50,255 bases of DNA. It comes from a phage. Where the stretch lies: sequence record PV636259.1; one strand, given 5' to 3'. Shown piece after piece: positions 1-7,600 of the stretch. Both the position numbers and the translations under genes were made by a program. Positions within the stretch are counted from its first letter, which is position 1. Each line of letters begins with the position of its first letter. Below the pieces are notes generated by a model that was given only the letters and a program-made list of their open reading frames with translations, was not told the origin of the DNA and made no database searches.

Positions 1-127
1 GTTGTAGCCATCAATACACATCAGCTTCATCATTACCGGGCGCTTAATCTTTCCCTTGCACCAGTAAAACCCATCCCTGCAATCAAGATAACTCTCAGTT
101 ACACAGCGTGAGCAAAACTCCTTAGAT
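1..127. repeat. Terminal duplication: identical to 50129..50255 (127 bp), consistent with circular-contig overlap
   Basis: Read directly: the first 127 nt of the window recur verbatim as the last 127 nt. 127 equals a common assembler maximum k-mer, so this is more likely an assembly overlap than a biological repeat. Confidence 0.9.
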
Positions 128-276
128 AGCGCGCTTGTAAATTCACGACGAGTCATTCCTGCGGCCTTAGCAAATCGCTCACTTTCCTTGTGGGCGTATA
201 TAAATTTCGCTATGTGCTGTCGAGTGTATTTGTCGTAACCTTCGCAGAACCTGAACAGATCTAAAAGAAGCAGCAT
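1..276 (-). CDS. Hypothetical Cys-rich protein, 5' part of an ORF that crosses the window junction (continues at 50128 down to 49997); about 135 aa in total
   Basis: ATG at 276 lies 4 nt after the stop of the 281..1849 gene. Hand translation MLLLLDLFRFCEGYDKYTRQHIAKF...CSRCVTESYLDCRDGFYWCKGK... runs in frame through position 1 and on into 50128..49997. Four Cys in CxxC/Cx6C spacing suggest a zinc ribbon. Confidence 0.45.
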   Translation of the reverse strand, partial: MLLLLDLFRFCEGYDKYTRQHIAKFIYAHKESERFAKAAGMTRREFTSALSKEFCSRCVTESYLDCRDGFYWCKGKIKRPVMMKLMCIDGYN

Positions 277-280
277 ATCA

Positions 281-1849
281 TTAACCCATCAGTCTAGGAT
301 TGATGAAAACAATATCATCAATGCGGCAAGTGTAGTTCATCTCTTCGAGCGTGATCAGCAGGCTGTCGATTCGCTCAGATACTTTCTGTTGACCGTTGAA
401 CGGCGTAACGTTCCGGCACTTTGCAACGATGCTATGAATAGGAGCGCGCCCTTTATTCTTCTTTGCGATCTCAGTGATAACATCAATCAGCTTACGAGAT
501 TCAGCCTCATCACCAGCATACCCGGCAGCGCTGGCAGACGACAGATAAGTCCTGGAAAGCTCATTAAAAATCATGATTGCTTCCTGCATCGTTTCAAGAT
601 CTATCTCACGATTGGAGCGGTTCGGAGATTCACCTTCCCAATTCTTTATCGTGTGAAGAACTGAAGCAATGCGCAATGCGTGCTTATCGAACTTACCGAG
701 ATGACCGCGTAGCATTGAGTGAGAGTATTTGCCACCTGCGGCGAAATCCGGCTCCATTGCCTGGCGCGCAAGGTTTAATTCACGCATAGCATTACGACTT
801 ACAGAAAGAACAACGTTTTCCTCCTTCATAATGTTGTGCACAAGTCGATAATATTTACTCACCAATCCTCGATCTACTTCCTTATACAGCGCATCACCAT
901 TTTCATCACAAAGAATACGAGTACCTAAAAGTGGTTCCTCACGAACTAAAAGGAAACGCTCAGATACGCCGATGCCTCGTTGGCCTGCGTCCATGATACC
1001 CTTGATTGTTTCATCCTGCGCAATAACGCAGATGGAACCGACCGGGCAAAGGGACAAGTTGTTATCCTGGTTGGAACGCGCTACCTCCATATGGTTTTTA
1101 TCCCACGCCTTAAGGATAAGCTCACTATTTGATTTCTTGTCTGAACCCCCATAAGTCAGGCCGAGCAATGTATTGATTGCTGTCGCCTCATCAGAGATTA
1201 CGGAGAAATGACCTTGAACAGCAGCTACCTTCGCAAGACCTTCAGGTGTAGGATCTGATACCGCGAAAACAATATCAGCCATCTTCTTGATCTTCTCTTC
1301 CAGTTTTTCTTTGTCTTCGTACAGCGCCGCCGTCGTGTTACCCTTCGGGTCGTTTTTAATTTCCTTCTCGACCTGACGTAGCTGACTGGTTAAGCGGATA
1401 CGCTCCTTTTTTCTCTCTTCGTTCAGTCGCTGAATTTCTGCACGCATAGGCGTAATCGCTGCGGAGTTAATCGCGGATTTACCTGTTGACGGTGGCTGGC
1501 TGATTACCATGTAAAGAGCGGTGGGTTGTTCTTCTCCGTGATATTGCACCCAAAACTTCCCGAGCATCGCGGCTGAGATGCACCCAATGAAATGAGCGTA
1601 CGCAGACGAAACAGGGAACTGTACAGACTCGGCCTTTGCTTTTGCATATTCGAATACCAGGTTATCGCCACCTAACGAAATCAGAGGGAACTTATCGTTG
1701 CCGCTATTGATATCGATCGGATCTTGCCAAAATGAAACTGAGTCACCATAGCTGTTTTCACGAATTGCGATTGCCACCGGATTAACTCCAGTGCTATTGG
1801 CGATCTCAATAATCTGTTGGTAATTCAGTTTTGGCTTAATATTAAACAT
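281..1849 (-). CDS. Large P-loop (Walker A-like PPSTGKS) protein, 522 aa; possible replication/recombination-associated NTPase
   Basis: Long ORF from the track; start moved to the ATG preceded by TAAGGAG (MFNIKPKL). Walker A-like motif and central K/E-rich coiled segment. Function not recognisable from sequence alone. Confidence 0.6.
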   Translation of the reverse strand: MFNIKPKLNYQQIIEIANSTGVNPVAIAIRENSYGDSVSFWQDPIDINSGNDKFPLISLGGDNLVFEYAKAKAESVQFPVSSAYAHFIGCISAAMLGKFWVQYHGEEQPTALYMVISQPPSTGKSAINSAAITPMRAEIQRLNEERKKERIRLTSQLRQVEKEIKNDPKGNTTAALYEDKEKLEEKIKKMADIVFAVSDPTPEGLAKVAAVQGHFSVISDEATAINTLLGLTYGGSDKKSNSELILKAWDKNHMEVARSNQDNNLSLCPVGSICVIAQDETIKGIMDAGQRGIGVSERFLLVREEPLLGTRILCDENGDALYKEVDRGLVSKYYRLVHNIMKEENVVLSVSRNAMRELNLARQAMEPDFAAGGKYSHSMLRGHLGKFDKHALRIASVLHTIKNWEGESPNRSNREIDLETMQEAIMIFNELSRTYLSSASAAGYAGDEAESRKLIDVITEIAKKNKGRAPIHSIVAKCRNVTPFNGQQKVSERIDSLLITLEEMNYTCRIDDIVFINPRLMG

Positions 1850-1903
1850 CACAATAAACTCCTTAGTTGACGGTGTAAATGATACACCGCCAATGGTACA
1901 CGC

Positions 1904-1921
1904 GTTTTGCAAAAAGTGCTA
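1904..1921 (-). promoter_or_regulatory. Operator/promoter motif copy (minus orientation; AATAGCACTTTTTGCAAAAC)
   Basis: Member of the TAGCA-N5-TGCTA family; followed on the minus strand by a hairpin and TAAGGAG RBS of the 281..1849 gene. Confidence 0.5.
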
Positions 1922-1925
1922 TTGG

Positions 1926-2342
1926 TTATAAGTATTTGGCCTCAAAGGTTGTGCCGTCAGCTATGCTAAAACCGATCTCTTCGCGAAATAATGTCCAACG
2001 GCAACCATCATCATCAAAAATATAACCAGCTACGCCGCCGAGAGCGCGACCGCTTTCCACTTGGTAACGCTTGCCAAGTTTGAATGATTTTTTCATCGGA
2101 TTTCGATGATCAAGTCCGGTGCACTTTAGCGTCTTTGTTTTCAACTCAGTGAACTTAGCGAAGAAGATTTCATCAGATCCGTGAATTTGTAATTCATCAT
2201 GCTTTTCAAGTTTTAAATACTTCCCGCATTTTAATTTTACTTCGCGAGTGCCATCGAAACGCTCTCGACCTTTGTATAGGTTGTTAACTTCAAATCCTGT
2301 GATTTTATCAGCGTAAGTACATTTCAGTTTGATTGATTTCAT
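1926..2342 (-). CDS. Hypothetical protein (138 aa)
   Basis: Track ORF; preceded (minus strand) by the ACCAATCAGGAG translation-initiation element. Confidence 0.55.
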   Translation of the reverse strand: MKSIKLKCTYADKITGFEVNNLYKGRERFDGTREVKLKCGKYLKLEKHDELQIHGSDEIFFAKFTELKTKTLKCTGLDHRNPMKKSFKLGKRYQVESGRALGGVAGYIFDDDGCRWTLFREEIGFSIADGTTFEAKYL

Positions 2343-2405
2343 CGCATTAACTCCTGATTGGTTATCTTGAATAAGGTCACTTTATCAAATGACCTTACGG
2401 CAATA

Positions 2406-2425
2406 TTAACAAATCGTGCTATTTA
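2406..2425 (-). promoter_or_regulatory. Operator/promoter motif copy (minus orientation; AATAGCACGATTTGTTAATA) overlapping the stop of 2423..2632
   Basis: TAGCA-N5-TGTTA palindrome followed by hairpin AAGGTCA...TGACCTT and the ACCAATCAGGAG leader. Confidence 0.5.
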
Positions 2426-2632
2426 CCAGGGAATATAATCGTCGTCGTCCTCATCAATATCATCGCCAGGTAACTCGAAGTTTGGATTATATTCGCTTTC
2501 TGCGTCCATATCCATATTCCCTAGCGCGTCATCAAGTGTGATTTCTTTATATGCAACCTTGATACACCATTCCGCACTAAGCCCGGCATCAAGAGCGGCA
2601 AAATAACGAGTCCAGAAATTATCCCGTTCCAT
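2423..2632 (-). CDS. Hypothetical acidic protein (69 aa; C-terminal DDIDEDDDDYIPW)
   Basis: Track ORF; start set to the ATG (second codon of the track ORF). Highly acidic C-terminus. Confidence 0.5.
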   Translation of the reverse strand: MERDNFWTRYFAALDAGLSAEWCIKVAYKEITLDDALGNMDMDAESEYNPNFELPGDDIDEDDDDYIPW

Positions 2633-2635
2633 CAA

Positions 2636-2860
2636 TTAACTCCATGAATTAATGTAAATTGAGTTAGCCTCAAGCGTAGCGCGCACATCAGCATCTGTTG
2701 CATTTACTAAGCGCGAGCCTGGCGTGCTGCCGATAACGTTATTACCGTTACGAGTCTTAGTTACCGTCATTGAAATAAAACCGGAAGACTTATCCATTTT
2801 GATAACTACACGGCCTTTCGCGTTCAGGTGCTTGATGATATTCTCAACTTTAATGCTCAT
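2636..2860 (-). CDS. Hypothetical protein (74 aa)
   Basis: Track ORF with AAGGAATTAAAAATG-type RBS on the minus strand. Confidence 0.5.
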   Translation of the reverse strand: MSIKVENIIKHLNAKGRVVIKMDKSSGFISMTVTKTRNGNNVIGSTPGSRLVNATDADVRATLEANSIYINSWS

Positions 2861-2919
2861 TTTTAATTCCTTTGTTTGTTTGGTGTGGGAGTAATATACC
2901 TTACTCCCTGCTGATTGTC

Positions 2920-2939
2920 TTTAGCTATTCGTGCTATCA
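2920..2939 (-). promoter_or_regulatory. Operator/promoter motif copy (minus orientation; TGATAGCACGAATAGCTAAAG)
   Basis: Motif then hairpin GGGAGTAAGG...TTACTCCC then RBS of the 2636..2860 gene. Confidence 0.5.
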
Positions 2940-3080
2940 GTACTCAGAAATTACTTTGCACTCTTTGATTGTGCCGCCTAGAACTACTTTCTGCATCATT
3001 GCTTTTTGATGGCTATCGTAAACGCGAACATTTTTTACGCTGTTAAATTTGCCAGTATAGAAAGTGTGAATATAAATCAT
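2937..3080 (-). CDS. Possible small protein (47 aa), translationally coupled (ATGA overlap with the 3077..3400 stop)
   Basis: Hand-translated MIYIHTFYTGKFNSVKNVRVYDSHQKAMMQKVVLGGTIKECKVISEY; below the track size cutoff; its stop TGA abuts the motif. Confidence 0.3.
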   Translation of the reverse strand: MIYIHTFYTGKFNSVKNVRVYDSHQKAMMQKVVLGGTIKECKVISEY

Positions 3081-3400
3081 TTTTTACCGTCCCAAGTTTG
3101 ATACGCCGTCACCAGGTTGATGCTATGATCGAACTCATCAATGCTTAGCGATCCGATTCGAACCAATTCTTTTTCATGCTTGATATCAATCATCCTGCTA
3201 TATGGATGACCTGGAACGTATTTGAACAGTCGCTTGCTGTCGGCAATGTCGGCATTGATCCCGTAGAATCTACCTACCGCCGCCTTCACGCGCTCCATGA
3301 TATTTTTTTCGTGAATTGCCGCCGCGTTATTCAGTGCCGCAACCGTGCTTGCGTTAATCTTCGGTGACTTCGTTGTGATTTTGTAAGTGTGGTTCATCAT
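3077..3400 (-). CDS. Hypothetical protein (107 aa)
   Basis: Track ORF; G-rich RBS (AAGGGGGG) before ATGATG. Confidence 0.55.
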   Translation of the reverse strand: MMNHTYKITTKSPKINASTVAALNNAAAIHEKNIMERVKAAVGRFYGINADIADSKRLFKYVPGHPYSRMIDIKHEKELVRIGSLSIDEFDHSINLVTAYQTWDGKK

Positions 3401-3414
3401 CCCCCCTTAACCAG

Positions 3415-3615
3415 TCAGGATAGTTTTCTCGCTTCATCAATGATAACAGGCTCGAGGCGCTCAAGTCGAACGCGGAACGTGTTCATAAATCCCTCGTTGT
3501 TCTTCAATAATTCGAAGGCATCCGTAGCTTCAATGGCGCTACTACCCATGTAAGCGATCACGCTCTTCTGAGTCTTGCGTGAGATCGCAACTACGCGGTA
3601 AATATTATCACTCAT
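3415..3615 (-). CDS. Hypothetical protein (66 aa)
   Basis: Track ORF 3415..3699 trimmed to the internal ATG preceded by GGAGG, which removes the overlap with 3608..3979. Confidence 0.45.
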   Translation of the reverse strand: MSDNIYRVVAISRKTQKSVIAYMGSSAIEATDAFELLKNNEGFMNTFRVRLERLEPVIIDEARKLS

Positions 3616-3979
3616 ACAATGCCTCCTTAACGCGATCTGCAATGCATGAGTTGACGGTGATTGAATAGTTAGCCACACCCCATAATGCAATATTGCCAAG
3701 CTCGGTCCGCATTGATGGGTTGTTAAGCTGGATTATTGTCTCTCCAGTATCATTATCAATGAAGCGAGACACGCCTAAATGGTCCATGGCGCGGGTTACT
3801 CGGTTCACGCACTCCATTGCATCACTTACGCCGTAATAAGCGCTTAGAGCGGCTCTCACTGCCTTCTCTTGCTTGTTGTAAATCTTTCGCGCAATGTTCT
3901 CGATCGCTACGTTCTCTTTCTCGTCAGTCTGGATTGCTGTGCTTGCTGAGAAGTCCAGGTCTACGAATTGTTTAAACAT
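3608..3979 (-). CDS. Hypothetical protein (123 aa)
   Basis: Track ORF; RBS GAGGTAATCACC before the ATG on the minus strand. Confidence 0.55.
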   Translation of the reverse strand: MFKQFVDLDFSASTAIQTDEKENVAIENIARKIYNKQEKAVRAALSAYYGVSDAMECVNRVTRAMDHLGVSRFIDNDTGETIIQLNNPSMRTELGNIALWGVANYSITVNSCIADRVKEALYE

Positions 3980-4035
3980 GGTGATTACCTCGTTTTCTGT
4001 TGATGGGAGAACTATAGCAGCCCTCCCGCATTTTC

Positions 4036-4054
4036 GTTTAGCAGAAAGTGCTAT
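4036..4054 (-). promoter_or_regulatory. Operator/promoter motif copy (minus orientation; AATAGCACTTTCTGCTAAAC) with downstream TATAGT and CATCAACAG leader
   Basis: Palindrome TAGCA-N5-TGCTA, then TATAGTTCTCCCATCAACAGAAAACGAGG, then the ATG of 3608..3979. Confidence 0.55.
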
Positions 4055-4240
4055 TTAGAATTTTACATCTTCAACAAGCTCAACCATTTTGTAACCAAGT
4101 CGATAGGAGTCCCCGAACAACAATAACCCCATAAATTCATCTTTGGTTATTGACTCCTTGCCAACAGTTTTAAGCTCTCCGTTGTGAATCACAGTATCGC
4201 CGATCTTGATTTCTGATTTGTGCACTAATTTCGTTTTCAT
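4055..4240 (-). CDS. Hypothetical small protein (61 aa)
   Basis: Track ORF. Confidence 0.45.
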   Translation of the reverse strand: MKTKLVHKSEIKIGDTVIHNGELKTVGKESITKDEFMGLLLFGDSYRLGYKMVELVEDVKF

Positions 4241-4255
4241 TTGTTAGCCTGTTAA

Positions 4256-4456
4256 TTAAAAGAATGCTACATAGTTTGCAATACCTTTAGCGTCGTCGTT
4301 AGGCATTGCCTTGACAGCCAAGTCATAACCAGCCTCTACCTTCTTCTTTGCTGACTCTTCGTTGTATCCCCAAATAACCAGGATTTTAACTACGTTTTCT
4401 TTGTTCAGGACTTTAAGTTCTTTAGTGATGCGACGTGCCATTTTGTTTTTCCTCAA
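4256..4456 (-). CDS. Hypothetical small basic protein (66 aa)
   Basis: Track ORF; preceded by a motif cassette with CATAAT -10 and CTCATCGAAACGAG leader. Confidence 0.5.
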   Translation of the reverse strand: MRKNKMARRITKELKVLNKENVVKILVIWGYNEESAKKKVEAGYDLAVKAMPNDDAKGIANYVAFF

Positions 4457-4498
4457 TCTCGTTTCGATGAGGTAATTATGCCAAATCGCACCGATCGA

Positions 4499-4519
4499 GT
4501 TTTAACAAAAAGTGCTATT
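4499..4519 (-). promoter_or_regulatory. Operator/promoter motif copy (minus orientation; GAATAGCACTTTTTGTTAAAAC) overlapping the stop of 4502..5206
   Basis: Full-consensus motif read as reverse complement; followed by CATAAT and the conserved leader. Confidence 0.55.
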
Positions 4520-5206
4520 CGCGATTGCTTTGAAAAATCCCCTTGGCGACAGAGATCGTATCAGTTTTGTTTTGGCAGACTTGCCGCCTAGCTTGCTGTG
4601 CTGTGCAGAGTACCCGTCAGGCAGTCTTACAGGTTTTCTTTCAGGCATGACAAAATCGTCAGAGGTCCACAGACAAGTTTTCTTCGGGTAAGCATCGCGC
4701 GGCGCAATATACATCGGGAACCAGGGGTGTGCGTCATTCTCTGGAAGATAGCCACCATACTCCCAGGGATTGAAGGAGTGATTTGGTTTTCTCCACGCAG
4801 AAGACAGGACGCTTACCGGATTCTCAATGATGTAAGTCACGCCCAGGCTATCGCCAATGTTCGCAGCAATCCGGGCGGTGGCAACAGCCTTCTCCTGGAA
4901 TAACGGATCGCGCTCACGCTTTCTGGCGAAGTGAGCAGCACCACTAACAGCCAGGTCAGTGCACGGCGGGAAGGCCATAATGAAATCAGGCTTGCCATAC
5001 ACGCCAGCGATAGCATCACGCTCGAACGCTGCGTCAATGAACACGTTCACATACTCAATGTTCGGATGCTCCACTCTGGCATTGTACTTTGCGTAATCTC
5101 CGTGATCGGCTCCGTCAAAGTTGAAGCACATCACCTTATGACCTTGCTTTGCCAGTTCATGACCAGCAAGCCCGGAACCGTCGAATAGTGACCAAATTAA
5201 TTTCAT
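4502..5206 (-). CDS. Short SAM-methyltransferase-like protein resembling the catalytic core of DNA cytosine-5 methyltransferases (234 aa)
   Basis: Order and spacing of FDGSG (motif I-like), FPPC (motif IV-like, Pro-Cys) and IENPV (motif VI-like ENV) match C5-MTase architecture; no target-recognition domain or motifs IX/X evident. First gene of the leftward early operon. Confidence 0.5.
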   Translation of the reverse strand: MKLIWSLFDGSGLAGHELAKQGHKVMCFNFDGADHGDYAKYNARVEHPNIEYVNVFIDAAFERDAIAGVYGKPDFIMAFPPCTDLAVSGAAHFARKRERDPLFQEKAVATARIAANIGDSLGVTYIIENPVSVLSSAWRKPNHSFNPWEYGGYLPENDAHPWFPMYIAPRDAYPKKTCLWTSDDFVMPERKPVRLPDGYSAQHSKLGGKSAKTKLIRSLSPRGFFKAIANSTFC

Positions 5207-5268
5207 CGTGACTTCCTCTTCTGATTGGTTTATGAGCTGGACTATACACGATCTACCCGACCGAGTCG

Positions 5269-5286
5269 TTAGCGAAAAATGCTATT
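5269..5286 (-). promoter_or_regulatory. Operator/promoter motif copy (minus orientation; AATAGCATTTTTCGCTAA) upstream of the MTase-like gene
   Basis: Followed on the minus strand by TATAGT and ACCAATCAGAAGAGGAAG RBS region, then the ATG at 5206. Confidence 0.5.
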
Positions 5287-5471
5287 CCAATAATTGCTCA
5301 TTATTCCATCAATACTGGAATATCTGGAATAATTACGATCATGATTGATCTCGAATGATGAAATGTGATTGTTGCATGGTGTGCAACAGTTGGTTGATTT
5401 GTTGCTTAGATTGCAATGATTGTGAGAGGGTGGATTTGGTGTTACCCGGTTCGCCTGGTGGTCATCTCCAT

Positions 5472-5490
5472 TTTTAGCAAAACGTGCTAT
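5472..5490 (-). promoter_or_regulatory. Operator/promoter motif copy (minus orientation; ATAGCACGTTTTGCTAAAA)
   Basis: Second copy in the control region, about 200 bp upstream of the first in the minus direction. Confidence 0.45.
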
Positions 5491-5893
5491 CGATTACACT
5501 TTAACTTGTCACGATTGTAATATTTGTCTAGAATCGCACTTGTGACAAAATTACGCACTGTGACGCCCCACAATAGACATATGGATATATGTATATATAT
5601 AATATATATAGTGTTTTTTTATTTATATATATAGATAATTATATTGTAATAGTTGTGTATAGCCGTCTTACATTGTCTAGCGTACTGTTGGCATATTTCT
5701 ATCTGCATGTTTATATATACAGTACTTTTTTGAGAGTCATATATTTCTATGTGTACTCTAGACAGCTAGACAAATGTTACACAGCTTAAAATTGGCTCGC
5801 AGGCATTGACGGCCCTGCATTGCGCTGTCACAATGGCAATTGTTGACATGTTATGACACCATTTACACATCAATAGACAAATGAGGATGGATT

Positions 5894-6409
5894 ATGAGCA
5901 ATACCAATCAGGAATTAAAAATCACCGATATGATTCGACTAACCTGCGATGCAATGTACCGCGACAAAGGCATGAATGAGTTCTCTTTCGTAGCTGATGA
6001 TATGGCCCTCGAAGCAGCGCGATTCTACTTTCGGGGCCAGGAAGTAAGCGATAGCGTTCTTGAATCTGCCGCTGCCGGATGGGTGGACCAGAATCAGGGT
6101 GAGGTGGAGAAGCGATTCAAGTCTGCTTTCATTACGCCAATCATTACCAGGCACTTTTGCAAGTATGGCAAGGTGGCAAAGGTGAAGGTGGGCCGGAATG
6201 ACGCCGCAATCACAATGATAACCGTTATCGTTACAGACGAAGAGGTTCCGGTGAAGAAACGCCGCAGCCGGAAAAAAGTTAGCCTGGCCGACTGCCTGGA
6301 TTCGTTTGATGTTGATGTTAGCAAACTATCCGATAGCGAGTTAATGGTTCGTGATGTGAATGAGATCGTGCGCCAGATGAAAGCACATATTGAAAAGTGT
6401 GGACTGTAA
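5894..6409 (+). CDS. Hypothetical protein (171 aa), first gene of the rightward early operon
   Basis: Track ORF; RBS GAGGATGG before ATG. Confidence 0.6.
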   Translation: MSNTNQELKITDMIRLTCDAMYRDKGMNEFSFVADDMALEAARFYFRGQEVSDSVLESAAAGWVDQNQGEVEKRFKSAFITPIITRHFCKYGKVAKVKVGRNDAAITMITVIVTDEEVPVKKRRSRKKVSLADCLDSFDVDVSKLSDSELMVRDVNEIVRQMKAHIEKCGL

Positions 6410-6415
6410 GGAGAG

Positions 6416-6682
6416 ATGAGTATGAGCAAGATTAAGCATGACGCCCTGAAAGGTATCTTGATGCGACTAAACCCAGGCGAAGCATTCCAGCTTAACCCCG
6501 AGACATTCGGGTTCGTCGGCTTCTATAGACTTGGCCTACAGATGAGTTCGCCAGCCGATGAGCTGGTCCGGTATGTGCGAAAGCAGTTCGGCGTCGAGAT
6601 GATTAGTCTCGGAAAGGTGCAAGGCATCCAGACATTCATCTTTAAGCCAAATGAGATTCGTTGCTTCACGCTGATGAAATAG
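6416..6682 (+). CDS. Hypothetical protein (88 aa)
   Basis: Track ORF; its stop TAG is the first three bases of a motif copy. Confidence 0.55.
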   Translation: MSMSKIKHDALKGILMRLNPGEAFQLNPETFGFVGFYRLGLQMSSPADELVRYVRKQFGVEMISLGKVQGIQTFIFKPNEIRCFTLMK

Positions 6683-6698
6683 CACTTTTTGTTAAAAC
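6680..6698 (+). promoter_or_regulatory. Operator/promoter motif copy (TAGCACTTTTTGTTAAAAC) + hairpin + TATTAT + CATCGACAC leader
   Basis: Read directly; the stop codon of 6416..6682 is embedded in the motif. Confidence 0.6.
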
Positions 6699-6754
6699 CC
6701 GACCGAGCGGATCGGGTATTATCTTCTCATCGACACGATACAGAGGAAGCGAAG

Positions 6755-6949
6755 ATGGAAACGCAAATTGACGTAGTGGTTGTTCAGCGCGACTCAACTC
6801 ATGAAAAGGGTCTGTTCAAGAAAGGAACCGAAATCACGATCGACCTTGAGGATATGGTTGCATATCACTCTGGCCTTACCTGGAACGTGGTGCGCGTAGG
6901 CAGCGACTACAAACTCAAAGGCTTTAACACTTACTTTGCGGAGGTTTAA
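6755..6949 (+). CDS. Hypothetical protein (64 aa)
   Basis: Track ORF 6689..6949 trimmed to the ATG preceded by GAGGAAG; the upstream part overlaps the regulatory cassette. Confidence 0.5.
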   Translation: METQIDVVVVQRDSTHEKGLFKKGTEITIDLEDMVAYHSGLTWNVVRVGSDYKLKGFNTYFAEV

Positions 6950-6951
6950 TC

Positions 6952-7419
6952 ATGGCGACAATTACCGTATTCCTGGCTAAAGATGAGATTGATGGCGAAA
7001 TGTCATTCTTCGCGTTTGAGCACAAAACCGGATCGCACTGGCACATGTACAGTCACTACACGGTTATTGATATCAACTCATACCGCGCAGGCTCACTTAC
7101 TGAAAAGCTGGGTTGCTTCATTGGAGCTATCAAGGCGAACAATGGCTGCGATTGTGAAGATGAGCAAGAGCGTCGCATGTGCGATATGATTAACCCGGTC
7201 TATCTTGAGTCTTTCGATCTTGATTCTGATGTGACCATTAAGGTGAGAAAGTCGGGTGAGTTGTTGCCAGGGATGCGTGTGCTGACTGGTTACTCGGGCC
7301 GTAAGGTGTGGCGCACTGTATCCAAGATTCGCCAGCGTTCGGCAACATGCTATAGCGTATTCTTTAATGATGGCTGGAATGAGGTTGCTGGCAGTAACGT
7401 GAAGTATCTTACCAAATAG
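6952..7419 (+). CDS. Hypothetical protein (155 aa)
   Basis: Track ORF; stop TAG embedded in the next motif. Confidence 0.55.
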   Translation: MATITVFLAKDEIDGEMSFFAFEHKTGSHWHMYSHYTVIDINSYRAGSLTEKLGCFIGAIKANNGCDCEDEQERRMCDMINPVYLESFDLDSDVTIKVRKSGELLPGMRVLTGYSGRKVWRTVSKIRQRSATCYSVFFNDGWNEVAGSNVKYLTK

Positions 7420-7435
7420 CACGAATTGTTAAAAC
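7417..7435 (+). promoter_or_regulatory. Operator/promoter motif copy (TAGCACGAATTGTTAAAAC) + TGCTATAGT extended -10 + CCATCGAAACG leader
   Basis: Read directly. Confidence 0.6.
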
Positions 7436-7493
7436 AGGATCGTGGTATCTTGCTATAGTTACCCCATCGAAACGCTTCTTGGCAAACCCAAAA

Positions 7494-7600
7494 GAAGGAA
7501 GCGGCAAACGTAGAACGGAGCCGCGAAAACCTCGAAGCAAAATTGACCTGGAAAAACCCATCAGGAAGGAAGCGGCAAACGTAGACCGGAGTCGCGAAAC
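7494..7600 (+). repeat. Two tandem copies of a ~36-bp element GAAGGAAGCGGCAAACGTAGA(A/C)CGGAG(C/T)CGCGAAAAC (7494..7530 and 7565..7600) in a 220-bp untranslated leader
   Basis: Read directly; each copy can fold GCGGC...GCCGC/GTCGC and carries an AGGAAG Shine-Dalgarno-like sequence with no ORF. Confidence 0.6.

Larger units (their letters stand above)
5207..5893. promoter_or_regulatory. Divergent early control region (AT-rich, non-coding) between the leftward and rightward early operons
   Basis: About 690 bp with no credible ORF. Contains two motif copies (5269..5286, 5472..5490), direct repeats CGCACT(T)GTGAC at about 5534 and 5554, near-palindrome TGTCACAATGGCAATTGTTGACA (5826..5848), perfect TTGACA, CAATAGACA(A/T)ATG at about 5571 and 5871, and poly-TATA tracts 5590..5640. 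Confidence 0.6.

Noticed and set aside
1-127. Interpretation of the end duplication as a biological direct terminal repeat
   Set aside because: Exactly 127 bp equals a standard assembler k-mer and a gene reads continuously across the junction; T1-type phages have much longer, permuted terminal redundancy.
5589-5789. Track ORF of 66 aa inside the AT-rich control region
   Set aside because: Composed almost entirely of Tyr/Ile/Phe/Val from an alternating TA tract, no RBS, and lies in a repeat-rich regulatory region; treated as non-coding.
6680-6698. TTGCTA/TTGTTA half of the motif as a conventional sigma70 -35 hexamer
   Set aside because: Spacing to the TATAGT-like -10 is 21-23 bp in the cassettes examined, outside the 16-18 bp sigma70 window; more consistent with a regulator site plus extended -10.
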